Assembly (NCBI GenBank): GCA_026770705.1
Contig: JANJGN010000016.1
Location: 86,862,001 to 86,926,000 of the forward strand
Direction: 5' to 3'
Source of the DNA: Isurus oxyrinchus
Taxonomy: Eukaryota
DNA length: 64,000 nucleotides
Shown here: piece by piece, positions 15,001 through 27,000 of the stretch
Layout of the letters: the number at the start of each line of letters is the position of its first letter
Numbering within the stretch: position 1 is the first letter of the stretch
Notes under the pieces: generated by a model
What the model saw: the letters and a program-made list of their open reading frames with translations, nothing else
What the model was told of the DNA's origin: nothing
Database searches by the model: none
Program-made: the position numbers and the translations under genes

Positions 15001-18000
15001 GTGTGGGTGATGCAGGGGGTGAAGGGGTAGGTGATGCCGGGGGTGGGGGAGTGGGTGATGCCGGGGGGGCGGGTGTGGGTGAATCCAGGGGGTGGAGGAA
15101 TAGGTGATGTCGAGGGTGGGGGTTGGTTGATGCCGAGGTTGGGGGTGAGGGACACATGGGTGGGGAATTGGGTGATGGTGGGTTGGGGGAGTGGGTAATG
15201 CCGGAGGTGGGGGGCTGGGTGATGACAGGGGTGGGGGAGTGGGTGATGCCGGTGCTGGGTGCTGGGTGATGCCGTTGGTGGGGGAGAGGGTAATGCTGGA
15301 GGTGGGGGGGCTGGGTGATACCAGGGGTGGGGGAGTGATCACCTGCCCCCTCACCCCCAGCAACACCCACACCGCCAACACTTGCATCAGCCAGGGGTAG
15401 GGGGTGGTTGATGGCGGGGATTGGGTGTGGTGATGCCAGGGGTGTGGGGGAGTGTGATGCCGAGGATATGTGTGTGAGTGATGCCGTGATTGGTAGTTAG
15501 GTAATGCTGGGCGTGGGGTGGTGGGTGATGCCGGGAGTGAGGACGTTGATGCCGCGGGTCAGGGAGGTGGGTGATGCCAGAGGTGTGAATGTGGGTGATG
15601 CCGGTGGTGGGGGTTGGCTGAAGCAGGGCGTGGGGGTGAGGGACCCATGGTTGGGGGGTTGGGTGATGATGGGGGTGAGGGAGTGGGTAATGCCGGAGGT
15701 GGGGCGTTGGGTGATGCCGGGGGTGGGGGAGTGTGTAATGCCGGGTGTGGGTGATACCATGGTTGGGGGCTGGGTGATGCCGGGTGTGGGGGGGTGGTTG
15801 ATGCCGGGGATGGGGGCCTGGGTGATGCCGGGGTTGGGGGAGTGGGTAATGCCAAAGGTGGGGCTGTGGGTGATGCCAGTGCTGGGTGCTGGGTGATGCC
15901 GTGGGTGGGGGTTGGCTGATGCCAGGGCTCGGGTGGTGGGTGATACCGTGCGTGGGGGTTGGCTGATGCCGGGGGTGGGGGATGTGGGACCCATGTGTGG
16001 GGGGGGTTAGGTGATGCTGGGCGTGAGGGAGTGGGTAATGCCGGAGGTGGGGGTCTGGGTGATGCTGGGGGTGGGGGAGTGTGTGATGCCGGGCGTGAGG
16101 GGGTGGTGATGCCGGGGTAGGGGGTGTGGGTGATGACGGGAGTGGGTGTGGGGGTTCTGAGTGAAGCCGGGGGTGGTGGGGTGGATGATGCTGGGAGTCG
16201 GTGATGCCAGTGTTGGCAGTGTCGCTGCTGCTGGGGGTGGGGGTGGTGGGTGATGCCATGGGTAGGGGGGTGTGTAATGTCGGGGGTGGGTGATACCAGG
16301 GTTGGGGGCTGGGTGATGCCGGGTGTGGGTGTGGGGGTTCTGGGTGATGCCGGGGGTGGTGGTGTAGGTGATGCCGGGAGTGGGTGATGCCAGTGTTGGC
16401 GGTGTGGGTGTTGCTGGGGTTGAGGTGGGAGGTGATACCGGGGGTGGGGGTGCTGGGTCATGACAGAGTTGGGGGAGTCGGTGATGCCGGGATGATGGGC
16501 GTGGTTGATGCCTGGTGTTGGGGGTGGGTGATGCCAGGGGTGGGATGGTGGGTCATGCCAGGGGTGGGGGAATAGGTGATGCCGGGGTTGTGGGCATGAG
16601 TCACGCCTGGGGTAGGGAGTAGGCGATGCCGCGGGTCGGGGGGTGGTTGATGCCTGGGATGGGGGTCTGGGTGATGCCGTCGTTGGGGGTTGGCTGGTGC
16701 CGGGGGTCTGGTGGTGCGTGATACTGCCCGTGGGGGTTCGCTGATGCCGGGGGTGACATGATGGGTGATACCGGGGTTGAGGGGATGGGTGATGCTGGGG
16801 GTGGGGGAAAAGGTGATTCTGGGGGTTGGGTGGGGTGATCCTGGGGGTGAGGGGATGTGTGATGCCGGGGTTGTGGGCGTGGCTGACGCCTGGGGTAGAG
16901 GGTGGGTAATGATGAGCGGAAGGGTGCTGGTTGATGCCTGGGATGGGGGCCTAGGTGATGCCGGGGGTGGGGGAGTGGATAATGCCAGAGGTGGAAGTGT
17001 GTGTGATGCAGGTTTTGGGGGATGGCTGATGCCGGGGGTGGGAGTGAGGCATCCATGGGTGGGGGGTTGGATGATGCTGGGGGTGAGGGCGTTGGTAATG
17101 CTGGAGGTGGGGGGCTGGGTGATGCCGGGGGTGGTGGGGTGGGTGATGCTGGGAGTTGGTGATGCCAGTGTTGGCGGTGTGGCTGTTGCTGGGGGTGGGG
17201 GGGTGGTGATGCCATGGGTAGGGGGTTGTGTAATGCCGGGGGTGGGTGATACCAGGGTTGGGGGCTGGGTGATGCCGGGTGTTGGGGGATGGTTGATGCC
17301 GTGGATGGGGAGGTGGTGGATGGTGGCGGGGGTGGGGGAGTGGGTGGTGGGGATGCAGTAGGGGGTGATGCCAGGTGTAGTGTTTTGGGTGATGCCGGGG
17401 TTGGGGGGTAGTGTGTGATGCTGGGGGTGGGTGATCCCAGGGTTGGGGGCTGCGTGATGCCGGGTGTGGGGGTTGGTTGATGCCGGGGATGGGGGAATGG
17501 ATGGTGGCAGGCGTGGGGTGGGGTGGATAAAGCCGCGGTGCGAGGGGATGTGTGATGCCAGGGGTAGGGAGTGGGTCATGCCGGGGGTGGGTGTTGCTGG
17601 TGGTGAGGAGTTGGGCTGGGGTTGGGGGTGGTCGGTGATGCCGGGATTGGGGGGGGTGGGTGATGCTGGGGGTGGGTGGGGATTGGATGATGCCGGGGGT
17701 TAGGTGGTGGGTGACGCTGCGGCTGGGCATTGGCTGAATGCCAGGGGTGTTGGTGAGGGACCCATGGGTGGGGGGTGGTGGTGTGGGTGATGCCGGGAGT
17801 GGGTGGTGCCAGCGTTGGGGGTGTGGGTGTTGCCGGTGTTGGGGGAATAGGTGGTGTCGGGTGTGGGGCAGGGGGTGGGTGATGCCGGGGTGATGGGCAT
17901 GGGTGATGTTTGGGGTAGGGGGTGGGTGATGCCAGGGGTGGGATGGTGAGTCATGCCGGGGGTGGAGGAATAGGTGATGCCGGGGTTGTGGACGTATGTG

Positions 18001-21000
18001 ATGCCTGGGGAAGGGGGTGGGCGATGCCGCGGGTCGGGGGTGGTTGGTGCCTGGGATAGGGGCCTAGGTGATGCCGTTGGTGGGGTTTGGCTGACGCCGA
18101 GTGTCGGGTGGCGAGTGATACTGCGCGTGGTGGTTGGCTGATGCCGGGGGTAACGTGATGGGTGATGCCGGGGTTGAGGCGTTGGGTGATGCCAGGGGTG
18201 GGGGAATAGGTGATGTCAGTTGTGGGGGTGGTTTGTGGTGCCGGTGGTGAGGGGGCGGGTGATGCCGAGGTGATGGGCGTGGCTGATGCCTGAGGTAGGG
18301 GTGTGGCTGATGCCGGGGTTGGGATGGTGGGTGATGCCGGGAGTGGGGAAATAGGTGATGCCGGGGGTGGGGAAATAGGTGATGCCGGGGGTGGGGAAAT
18401 AGGTGATGCCGGGGGTGAGGGGGTCGGTAATGCTGGGGGCGAGGGGGTGTGTGAAGCCAGGGTTGTGGGCGTGGGTGACGCCTGGGGAAGTGGGTGGGTA
18501 ATGCCGAGCGGGGGGGTTGCTGGTTGATGCCTGGGATGGGGGCCTGGGTGATGCCGGGGTTGGGGGAGTGGGTAATGCCAGAGGTGGGAGTGTGGGTGAT
18601 GCCGGTGGAGGGGGTTGGCTGATGCTGGGGGTGGGGGTGAGGTACCCATGGGTGGGGGAGTTGGGTGATTCCGGAGGTGGGGGGCTGGGTGATGCCGGGG
18701 TTAGGGGAGTGTGTGATGCCGGGCATGAGGGGGTGGTGGTGCCGGGGTCGGGGGTGTGGGTGATGCCGGGTGTGAGGGGGTTGTGTTGCCGGGATAGGAG
18801 GTGTGGGTTATGCCAGGAGTGGGTGTGGGAGTTCTGGGTGATGCCGGGGGTGGTGGGGTAGGAGATGCTGGGAGTGGGTGATGCCAGTGTTGGAAGTGTG
18901 GCTGTTGCTGGGGGTGGGGGTGGTGGGTGATGCCATGGGTAGGGGGGTGTGTAATGCCGGGGGTGGGTGATACCAGGGTTGGGGGCTGGGTGATGCCGTG
19001 TTTGTGGGGTGGTTGATGCCGGGGATGGGGGGGGTGGTGGATGGTGGTGGGGGTGGGGTAGGGTGGATAATGCCAGGGTGGGAGGGGGTGTGTGATGCCG
19101 GTGGTAGGGTTTGGGTCATGCCATGGGTTGGTGATGGCAGGGTTGGGGGGGCAGGTGATGCTTGGTGTGGGTGGGGTTTGGCTGATGCTGAGTGTTGGGT
19201 GGTGGGTGATGCTGTGGATGGGTTTTGGCTGAATGCCGAGGGTTGGGGAGTGAGGGACCCATGGGTAGGGGGTTGGGTGATGCTGAGGGTGAGGCAGTGT
19301 GTAATGCCAGAGGTTGGGGGTTGGAAGATGCTGGGGGCGAGGGGGTGGTTGATGCCGGACGTGTGGGGGTGGTGATGCCGGGGTAGGGGTTGTGGGTGAT
19401 GCTGGGAGTTACGGTGGGGGATGTGGGTGATGCCGGCAGTGATGGTGTGGGTGATGTCGGTTTTGTGGGAGGGGGGCTGTGTGATTCCAAGGGTGAGGGG
19501 GTGGGTGATGGGCGTGGGTGATGCCAGGGGTGGGATGGTGGGTCATGCCAGAGGGTGGGGGAATAGGTGATGCCGGGGTTGTGGGCATGGGGTACGGGGT
19601 GGGCGATACCGTGGGTCGGGGGGTGGTTGATGCCTGGGATGGGGGCCTGGGTGATGCCAGGGGTGGGGAGTGGGTAATGCCAAAGTTGGGGGTGTGGGTG
19701 ATGCTGGTGCTGGGTGTTGGGTGATTCCATGGGTGGGGTTTGGCTGACTCCGGGCGTCGGGTGGTGGGTGATACTGCGCGTGGGAGTTGGCTGATGCCGG
19801 GGGTGGTGGATGAGGGACCCATGGGTGGGGAGTTGGGTGATGCTGGGTGTGAGGGGGTGGGTAATGCCGGGCATGAGGGGGTGGTGATGCCGTGGTAGGG
19901 GGTGTGGGTGATGCCAGGAGTGGGGTTGGGAGTTGTGGGTAATGCCGGGGATGGTGGGAGTGGGTGATGCCGGGAGTGGTTGATGCCAGTGATGGCGGTG
20001 TGGGTGTTGCTGGGGGTGAGGGGCAGGTGATACCGGGGGTGGGGGTGGTGGGTTATGCCGGTGGTGGTGAGGTGGGTGATGCCCGGAGTGGGGGGTGTGG
20101 GTGTTGCCGGGTGTGGGGGAGCGGTTGATGCCGGGGATGGGATGTGGGTGATGCTGGGTGTGTGGGGGGGTTGGATGATGCCGGGGGTAGGGGGGTGGGT
20201 GATGCCGGGTGTGGGGGCATAGGTGAGGCCGGGGGTGGGGGGGTGTGTGATGTCGGGGGTGAGGGATTATGTTATGCTGGGGGTGGGGATGGTGAGTGAT
20301 GCCGGGGGTAGGGGGTGGGTGATGCCGGGGGTGGGGTCGTGGCTGATGCCGAAGTGGGGTGTTGGTGATGCCAGGGGTGGTGGGTGAGGAACCCGTGGAT
20401 GGGGGTTGGTGTGTAATGCCGGGCGTGATGGCATGGTTAATGCTGGGGATGGGGTGCTGGGTGATGCCAGGATTGTGTGTGTGAGTGTTGCTGGGGTGAG
20501 AGGGTGGCTGATGCTGAGGGTGGGGGTGGGGGTGGTGGGTGATGCCGGGTGTAGGGGGGTGATTGATGCCGGGATTGGGTGCTGCCAGGGTTGGTGGGGT
20601 GGGTGATGCTGGGAGTGGAGTTGGGGGGGGTGGTTGGTGATGCCGGAGGTAAGGGGAGTGGTGTGGCGGCTATGGGTGTGTGGGTAATGCCGGTGGTGAG
20701 GGGTTGGGTGATGCTGGGGTTTTGGGGGTGGGTGATGCCGTGGGTGGGTGGGTGGGTGATGCCCGGAGTGAGTGTTTGTGTGATGCCAGGGTGGGGGTTT
20801 GAGTGATGCTGGGGTTGAGGGGGTGGGTGATGACGAGGGTAGGGGTGTGTTTGGGTGATGCCAGGGGTAGGGGGGGTTGGTTGATGCTGGGTGTGGGCGA
20901 GTGGGCGGTGCTCGGGTTGGATGGGGTTGGGGTTGGGGTGTTGTGTGATGCCAGGGGTGAGGGGGGGGTGGGCGATGCCGGGGGTGGTGGGGTCCGATGA

Positions 21001-24000
21001 TGCCAGGGGTGGGGAGTTGGGTGATGCCTGGGGTAGGGTGGTGAGTGAGGCCGGTAGTGGGGGGGTGGTTGATGCCAGGGATGGGGGGCAGGGTGATGCC
21101 AGTGGTGGGGGTGTGGGTGATGCCGGGGTGGGTGTTTGAGTGATGCCGGGGCTGATGCTGGGGGTGGGGGTGAGGGAACCATGGGTGAGGATTGGGTGAT
21201 GCCAGGGGTGGGGGAGTGGGTGATACCAGATGTGAGGGGGTGGGTGATGCCAGAGTAGGGGGTGTGGGTGATGCCGGGTGTGGGGGGGTGGTTGATGCTA
21301 GGGATGGGGGCCTGGATGATGCCAGGTGTGGGGGAGTGTGTGATGCCGGTGGTGGTGCTGTGGGTGATTCCGGGAGTTGGGGGTGCGGTTGGTGATGCCA
21401 GAGGTGGGGGTTCGGTGATGACGGGGGTGGGGGTTGGGTGATGCCATGGGTGGGGGCTTGTATAATGCCGTGGGTGGGGTGCTAGTTGATGCCGTGAGTG
21501 GCTGGGTGGGTGATGCCGGGAGTGAGTGTTTGTGTGATGCCGGTGTGGGTGTTTGAGTGATGCCGGGGTTGAGGGGGTGGGTGGTGCCGTGGGTAGGGGT
21601 GTGGTTGGGTGATGCCGGGGATAAGGGGTGTTGGTTGATGCCGAGGATGGGGGGCTGGGTGATGCCGGGGGTGGTGGAGTGGGTAATGCCAGTGGTGGGG
21701 GTGTGGGTGATGCCGGTGGTTGGGGTTGGGTGATGCCATGGGTGGGGGCTTGGATAATGCCGTGGGTGGGGTGCTAGGTGATGCCATGGGTGGGTGGGTG
21801 GGTGATGCCGGGAGTGAGTATTTGTGTGATGCCGGGGTGGGTGTTTGAGTGATGCCGGGGTTGAGGGGGTGGGTGGTGCCGTGGGTATGGGTGTGGTTGA
21901 GTGATGCCGGGGGTAAGGGGCGTTGGTTGATGCCGAGGGTGGGGGAGTGGGTAATGCCAGTGGTGGGGGTGTGGGTGATGCCGGTGGTTGGGGTTGGGTG
22001 ATGCCATGGAAGGGGGCCTGGATAATGCCGTGGGTGGGGTGCTAGGTGATGCCAGGGGTGGGTGGCGTGGGTGATGCTGGGGATGGGTGATGCCAGTGTT
22101 GGGGGGATGTGTGTTGCTGGCGGTGAGGGGGTGGGTGATGCTGAAGGTGGGGGTGGTGGGTGATGCTCGGGATGGGTGATGCCAGTGCTGGGGGGTGGGT
22201 GTTGCTGGCGGTGAGGGGGTGGGTGATGCTGAGGGTGCGTGATGCCAGGGTTGTGGGGTGTTGGGTGAAGCCAGGAGAGAGGGGATATGTGATGCCGGTG
22301 TTGGTGGTGGTGGGTGTTGCCAGAGGTGGGTGGGTGGGTGTTGCCGGGGGTGAATGATGCCGGAGGTTGGGGGGGTTGGTGATGCCGGGGATGGGGCGAT
22401 GGGTCAAGCCGGGTGTGGGTGATGTCGGCGGTGGGGGGGCGTGGGTGATGCCGGGGGGAGATGGTGGCTGATGCCGGGGGTGGGGGGGGGTGTTGAAGCC
22501 GGGGGTGAGGTGGTGTGTGATGCCGGGGGTGAGGTGGTGTGTGATGCCAGGTATGGGGTGTTGGGTAATGTCGGGGGTGCGGGGTTGGGTGATGCCGGGG
22601 GCGGTGGGGTGTGTGATGCCGGGAGTGAGGGTCCGGGTGATGTTGGGGTGGGGTTTGAGTGATGCCAGGGATGAGGGGGTGAGTGATGCCGTGGGTTGGG
22701 GGGTGGGTGGGTGATGCCAGGTGTGGGGGCGTGGGTTATGCCGGGGTTGGAGGGGCGGGTGATGCCGGGGGTGAGGGTGTGGATAATGCTGGGGTTGGAG
22801 GGGCGGGTGATGCCGAGTGTGACTGGGTGTGTGATGCCGGGGGTGAGGGTGTGGGTGATGCTTGGGGTTTTGGGTGGGTGATGCCAGATGTGGGGGGGGG
22901 TGAGTGATGCCAGGGATGGGGCAATAAGTTATGTCGGGGGTGGGGTGGGTGGGTGATGCCAGTGTTGCGGGTGTAGGTGTTGCTGGGGATGAGATGATGG
23001 GTGATGACGGGGGTGGGGGTGGGCGTTGTAGGTGATGCCGGTTGTGGTGGTGGTGTGGTTGATGCTGGGAGTCGGGGGGGGGGGGGTAGGTGGGTGATTC
23101 CAGTGTTGGGGGGGTGGGTGTATCTGGCGGTGAGGAGGTGGATGATGCTGAGGGTGGGGGTGGTGGGTGATGCCAGGGGTGGGTGATGCCAGTGTTGGGG
23201 GGGTGGGTGTATCTGGCGGTGAGGGGGTGGGTGATGCTGAGGGTGGGTGTGGTGGGTGATGCCGGGATTGTGGGGAGTTGGGTGAAGCCAGGGGGGAGGG
23301 GATATGTGATGCCAGTGTTGGTGGTGGTGGGTGTTGCCGGAGGTGGGGGTGTGGGTGATGCCAGGGGTGAGAGGGTGGGTGATGCTGGGGCTGAGATGGT
23401 GGGTGAGGCCGGGGGTGGGTGGGTGATGCCAGTGTTGGGGGTGTGGGTGTTGCTGGGGGTGAGGATGTGGGTGATGCCAGGGGTGGGGTTGGTGGGTGAT
23501 GCCAGGGGTGGTTGATGCCAGGTTTGGGAGGGTGGCTGATGCTGGGTGTGGGTGAGGGAACCGTGGGTGGGGGTTGGGTGATGCCATGGTTGAGGGAGTT
23601 TTTAATGCCGGAAGTGGGGGAGTGGGTGATACCGGGGGTGAGTGTGTAGGTGATGCCGAGAGTGGGGGTGAGTGTTGTGGGTGATGCTGGGGTTGAGGGC
23701 TTGGCTGATTGTGGGGGTGGAGGGGGTGGGTGATGCCGGGTGTGGGGGAATAGGTGAGGCCGGGGGTGGGGGGAGTGTGTGATGCCGGGTGTGAGGGGGT
23801 GTGTGATGCCAGGGGTGGGGCAATAGGTTCTGCCGGGGGTGGGGTGGGTGGCTGATGCCGGGTTTGTGGGCATGGGTGATGCCGGAGGTAGGGGGTGGGT
23901 GATGCCAGGGGTGGGGGTGTTGGTTATGCCGGGTGTGGTGGGTGAGGGATCCGTGGGTGGGGGGATGTGCGATGCCGGGGGTGATGGAGTGGGTAATGCT

Positions 24001-27000
24001 GGAGATGGGGTGTTGGGTGATGCCCGGGATCGGGGAATGGGTGTGAGGGGGTGGATGATGCCGGGGTAGGGGGTGTGGGTGATGCCGGGGTTGTGGCCAT
24101 GGTGATGCCTGGGGTAGGGGGGTGGGTGATGCCGGGGGCGGGGGTAATAGGTGATGCCGGTGGTGGGGGGCTGGTTGATGCCGGGGGTGGGGGATGAGTG
24201 ATGCCGGGGTTGTGGGCGTAGGTGAAGTCTGCGGTAGGCTGGTGTTTGATGCGGAGGATGGTGGGCTGGTGATGCCGGGGGTGGGGGATCGGGTAATGGC
24301 AGAGTTGGGGGTGTGGGTGATGCCGGTGGTTGGGGTTGGGTGATGCCCTGGGTGGGGGCCTGGATAATGCCTTGGGTGGGGGGGGTGCGAGGTGATGCCG
24401 GGTGTGGGGGAATGGGTGATTCCGGAGGTGGTGGGGTGGGTGATGTCGGGAGTGGGGTGTGTAGGTGATGCCAGTGTTGGGGGTGTGGGTCATGACAGGG
24501 TTGGGGTGGTGGGTGATGCCGTGGTGAGGGTGTGTGTGATGCCGGGGGTGAGGGGCTGTTTGATGCCGGGGCTGAGATGGTGAGTGATGCCGTGGCTGGG
24601 GCTGTGTGATGCCGTGGGTGAGGGGGTGGGTGATGCCGGGTATGGGGTGGTGGGTAATGTCGGGTGTGCGGGGTTGGGTGAGGCCAGGTGTGAGGCTTTG
24701 TGTGATGCCAGGGTGGGGGTTTGAGTGATGCCGGGGCTGAGGGTGTGGGTGATGCCGTGGGTGCGGGTGTGGATGGGTGATGCCGATGGTGGGGGAGGGT
24801 GTGATTGATGCCAGGGATGTGGGGAAGGGTGATGCCGGGGGTGGAGGTGGTGGGTGATGCCGGGGGTGGAGGGGGGGCGTGATACCGGGGATGACGTGAT
24901 GCGTGATGCTGGGATTGAGGGCATGGGTGATGCCGGGGATGGGATGGTGGGTGATGCCGAGTGTGGGGGAATAGGTGATGCCTGGGGTAGGTTGTGGGTG
25001 ATGCCGGCGATGAGGGTGTGAGTGATGCCGGTGTTGTGGGCATGGGTGATGCCTGGTGTAGGGGATTGGGTGATGATGGGTGTTGGGGGGTGTTTAGTGC
25101 CGGGGATGGAGGGCTGGATGAAGCCGGAGGTGGGGGTACAGGTAATGGTAGAGGTGGGGGTGTGGGTGATGCTGGTGGTTGGGGTTGGTGATGCCGGGGG
25201 TAGGGGCCTGGATAATGCCATGGGTGGGGGGCTAAGTGATGCCAGGTGTGGGGGGGGGGTGGTTGATGCCGGAGGTGGTGGGGTGGGTGATGCTGGGAGT
25301 GGGGTGTGTAGGTGATGCCAGTGTTGGGGGTGTGGGTGATGCTGGGGTCGGGGGCTGGTGGGTGATGCCGGGAGTGGGAGAGTGGATGATGCTGGTGGGG
25401 TGGGGTGTTTGGTGAAGCCAGTGGTGAGGTGGTGTGTGATGTTGGGGGTGGGGCTGGTGGGTGTTGCCTGGGGTGAGGGGGTGGTTGATGCCGGGGTGGG
25501 GCGATTGGTGATGCCTGGTTTGGGGGGGTGGGTAATGCTGGTGGTGAGGGGTTGAGTGATGATGGGGTTGGCTGATGCCGGGGCTGGTGGGGTGTGTGAT
25601 GTCAGTAGTGAGGGGGTGGGTGATGCCAGAGTAGGGGGTGTGGGTGATGCCGGGAGTGGGGGAAAAGGTGAGGCTGGGGGTGGGGGGTGTGTGTGGTGCC
25701 AGAGGTGTGGGGGTGGGTGATGCCGGGGTTGGGGGGTGTGGTGATGCCGAGTGTGGGGGAATAGGTGATGCTTGGGGCAGGTTGTGGGTGATGCCGGGGA
25801 TGAGGGTGTGAGTGATGCCGGTGTTGTGGGCGTGGGTGATGCCTGGTGTAGGGGATTGGGTGATGCCGGGTGTTGGGGGGTGTTTAGTGCCGGGGATGGG
25901 GGGCTGGGTGATGCCGGGGGTGGGGGTACAGGTAATGGCAGAGGTTTCGGGGTGGGTGATGCCGGGGTTGGGGGGTGTGGTGATGCCTGGTATGGGGGGA
26001 GTGTAATGCCGGTGGTGAGGGGTCGTGTGATCCTGGGGATGGGTGATGCAGGGGCTAGTGGGGCGTGTGATGCCGGGGTTGAGGGGGTGAGTGATGACGT
26101 AGGTGGGGTGTTGGGTGATGCTGGGGGTGAGGGGATGCGTGATGCCGTGGGTGGGGGTGTGGTTGGGTGATACCAGGGGTGTGGGGGGGTGGTTGATGCC
26201 GGGGATGGTGGGGTGGTTGATGCCGGGGGTGGGGGAGCGGGTAATGGCAGAGGTGGGGGTTGTGGGTGATGCCGGGTTGGGGTGTTGGGTGATGCTGGGA
26301 GTGGGGTGTGTAGGTGATGCCAGTGTTGGGGGTGTGGGTGATGCTGGGGTTGGGGGAGTGGGTGATGCTGGTGGGGTGGGGTGTTTGGTGAAGCCAGTGG
26401 TGAGGTGGTGTGTGATGTTGGTTGTGGGGCTGGTGGGTGTTGCCTGGGGTGAGGCGGTGGGTGATGCCGGGGGTGAGGCGATTGGTGATGCCTGGTTTGG
26501 GGGGGTGGGTAATGCCGGTGGTGAGGGGTTGTGTGATGATGGGGGTGGCTGATGCCGGGGCTGGTGGGGTGTGTGATGCCAGTAGTGAGAGGGTGGGTGA
26601 TGCCGGAATAGGAGGTGTGGGTGATGCCAGGAGTGGGGTTGGGTGTTGTGGGTGATGCCGGTGTTGGGAGCTTGGCTGATGCCGGAGGTGTGGGGGGTGA
26701 GTGATGCCGGGGGTGGGGGGGGTGGGTGATTCCGTGGGTAGGGGGGTGGGTGATGCCTGGAGTGGGTGATGCCAGGGTTGGTGGGGTGGGTGATTCCGGG
26801 AGTGGGGTGGGGGTGGGTGATGCCAGTGTTGGGGGTGTGGGTGTTGCTGGCGGTGAGGGGGTGGGTGATGCGGTGGGTGGGGGCGGTGGGTGATGCTGGG
26901 GGTGGGGGGATTTATGATGGTGGGAGTGGTTTGGTGGGTGAAGCCAGGGGTGAGAGGGTGTGTGATGCCGGGTGTGGGGGTGGTGGGTGTTGCCGGGGGT

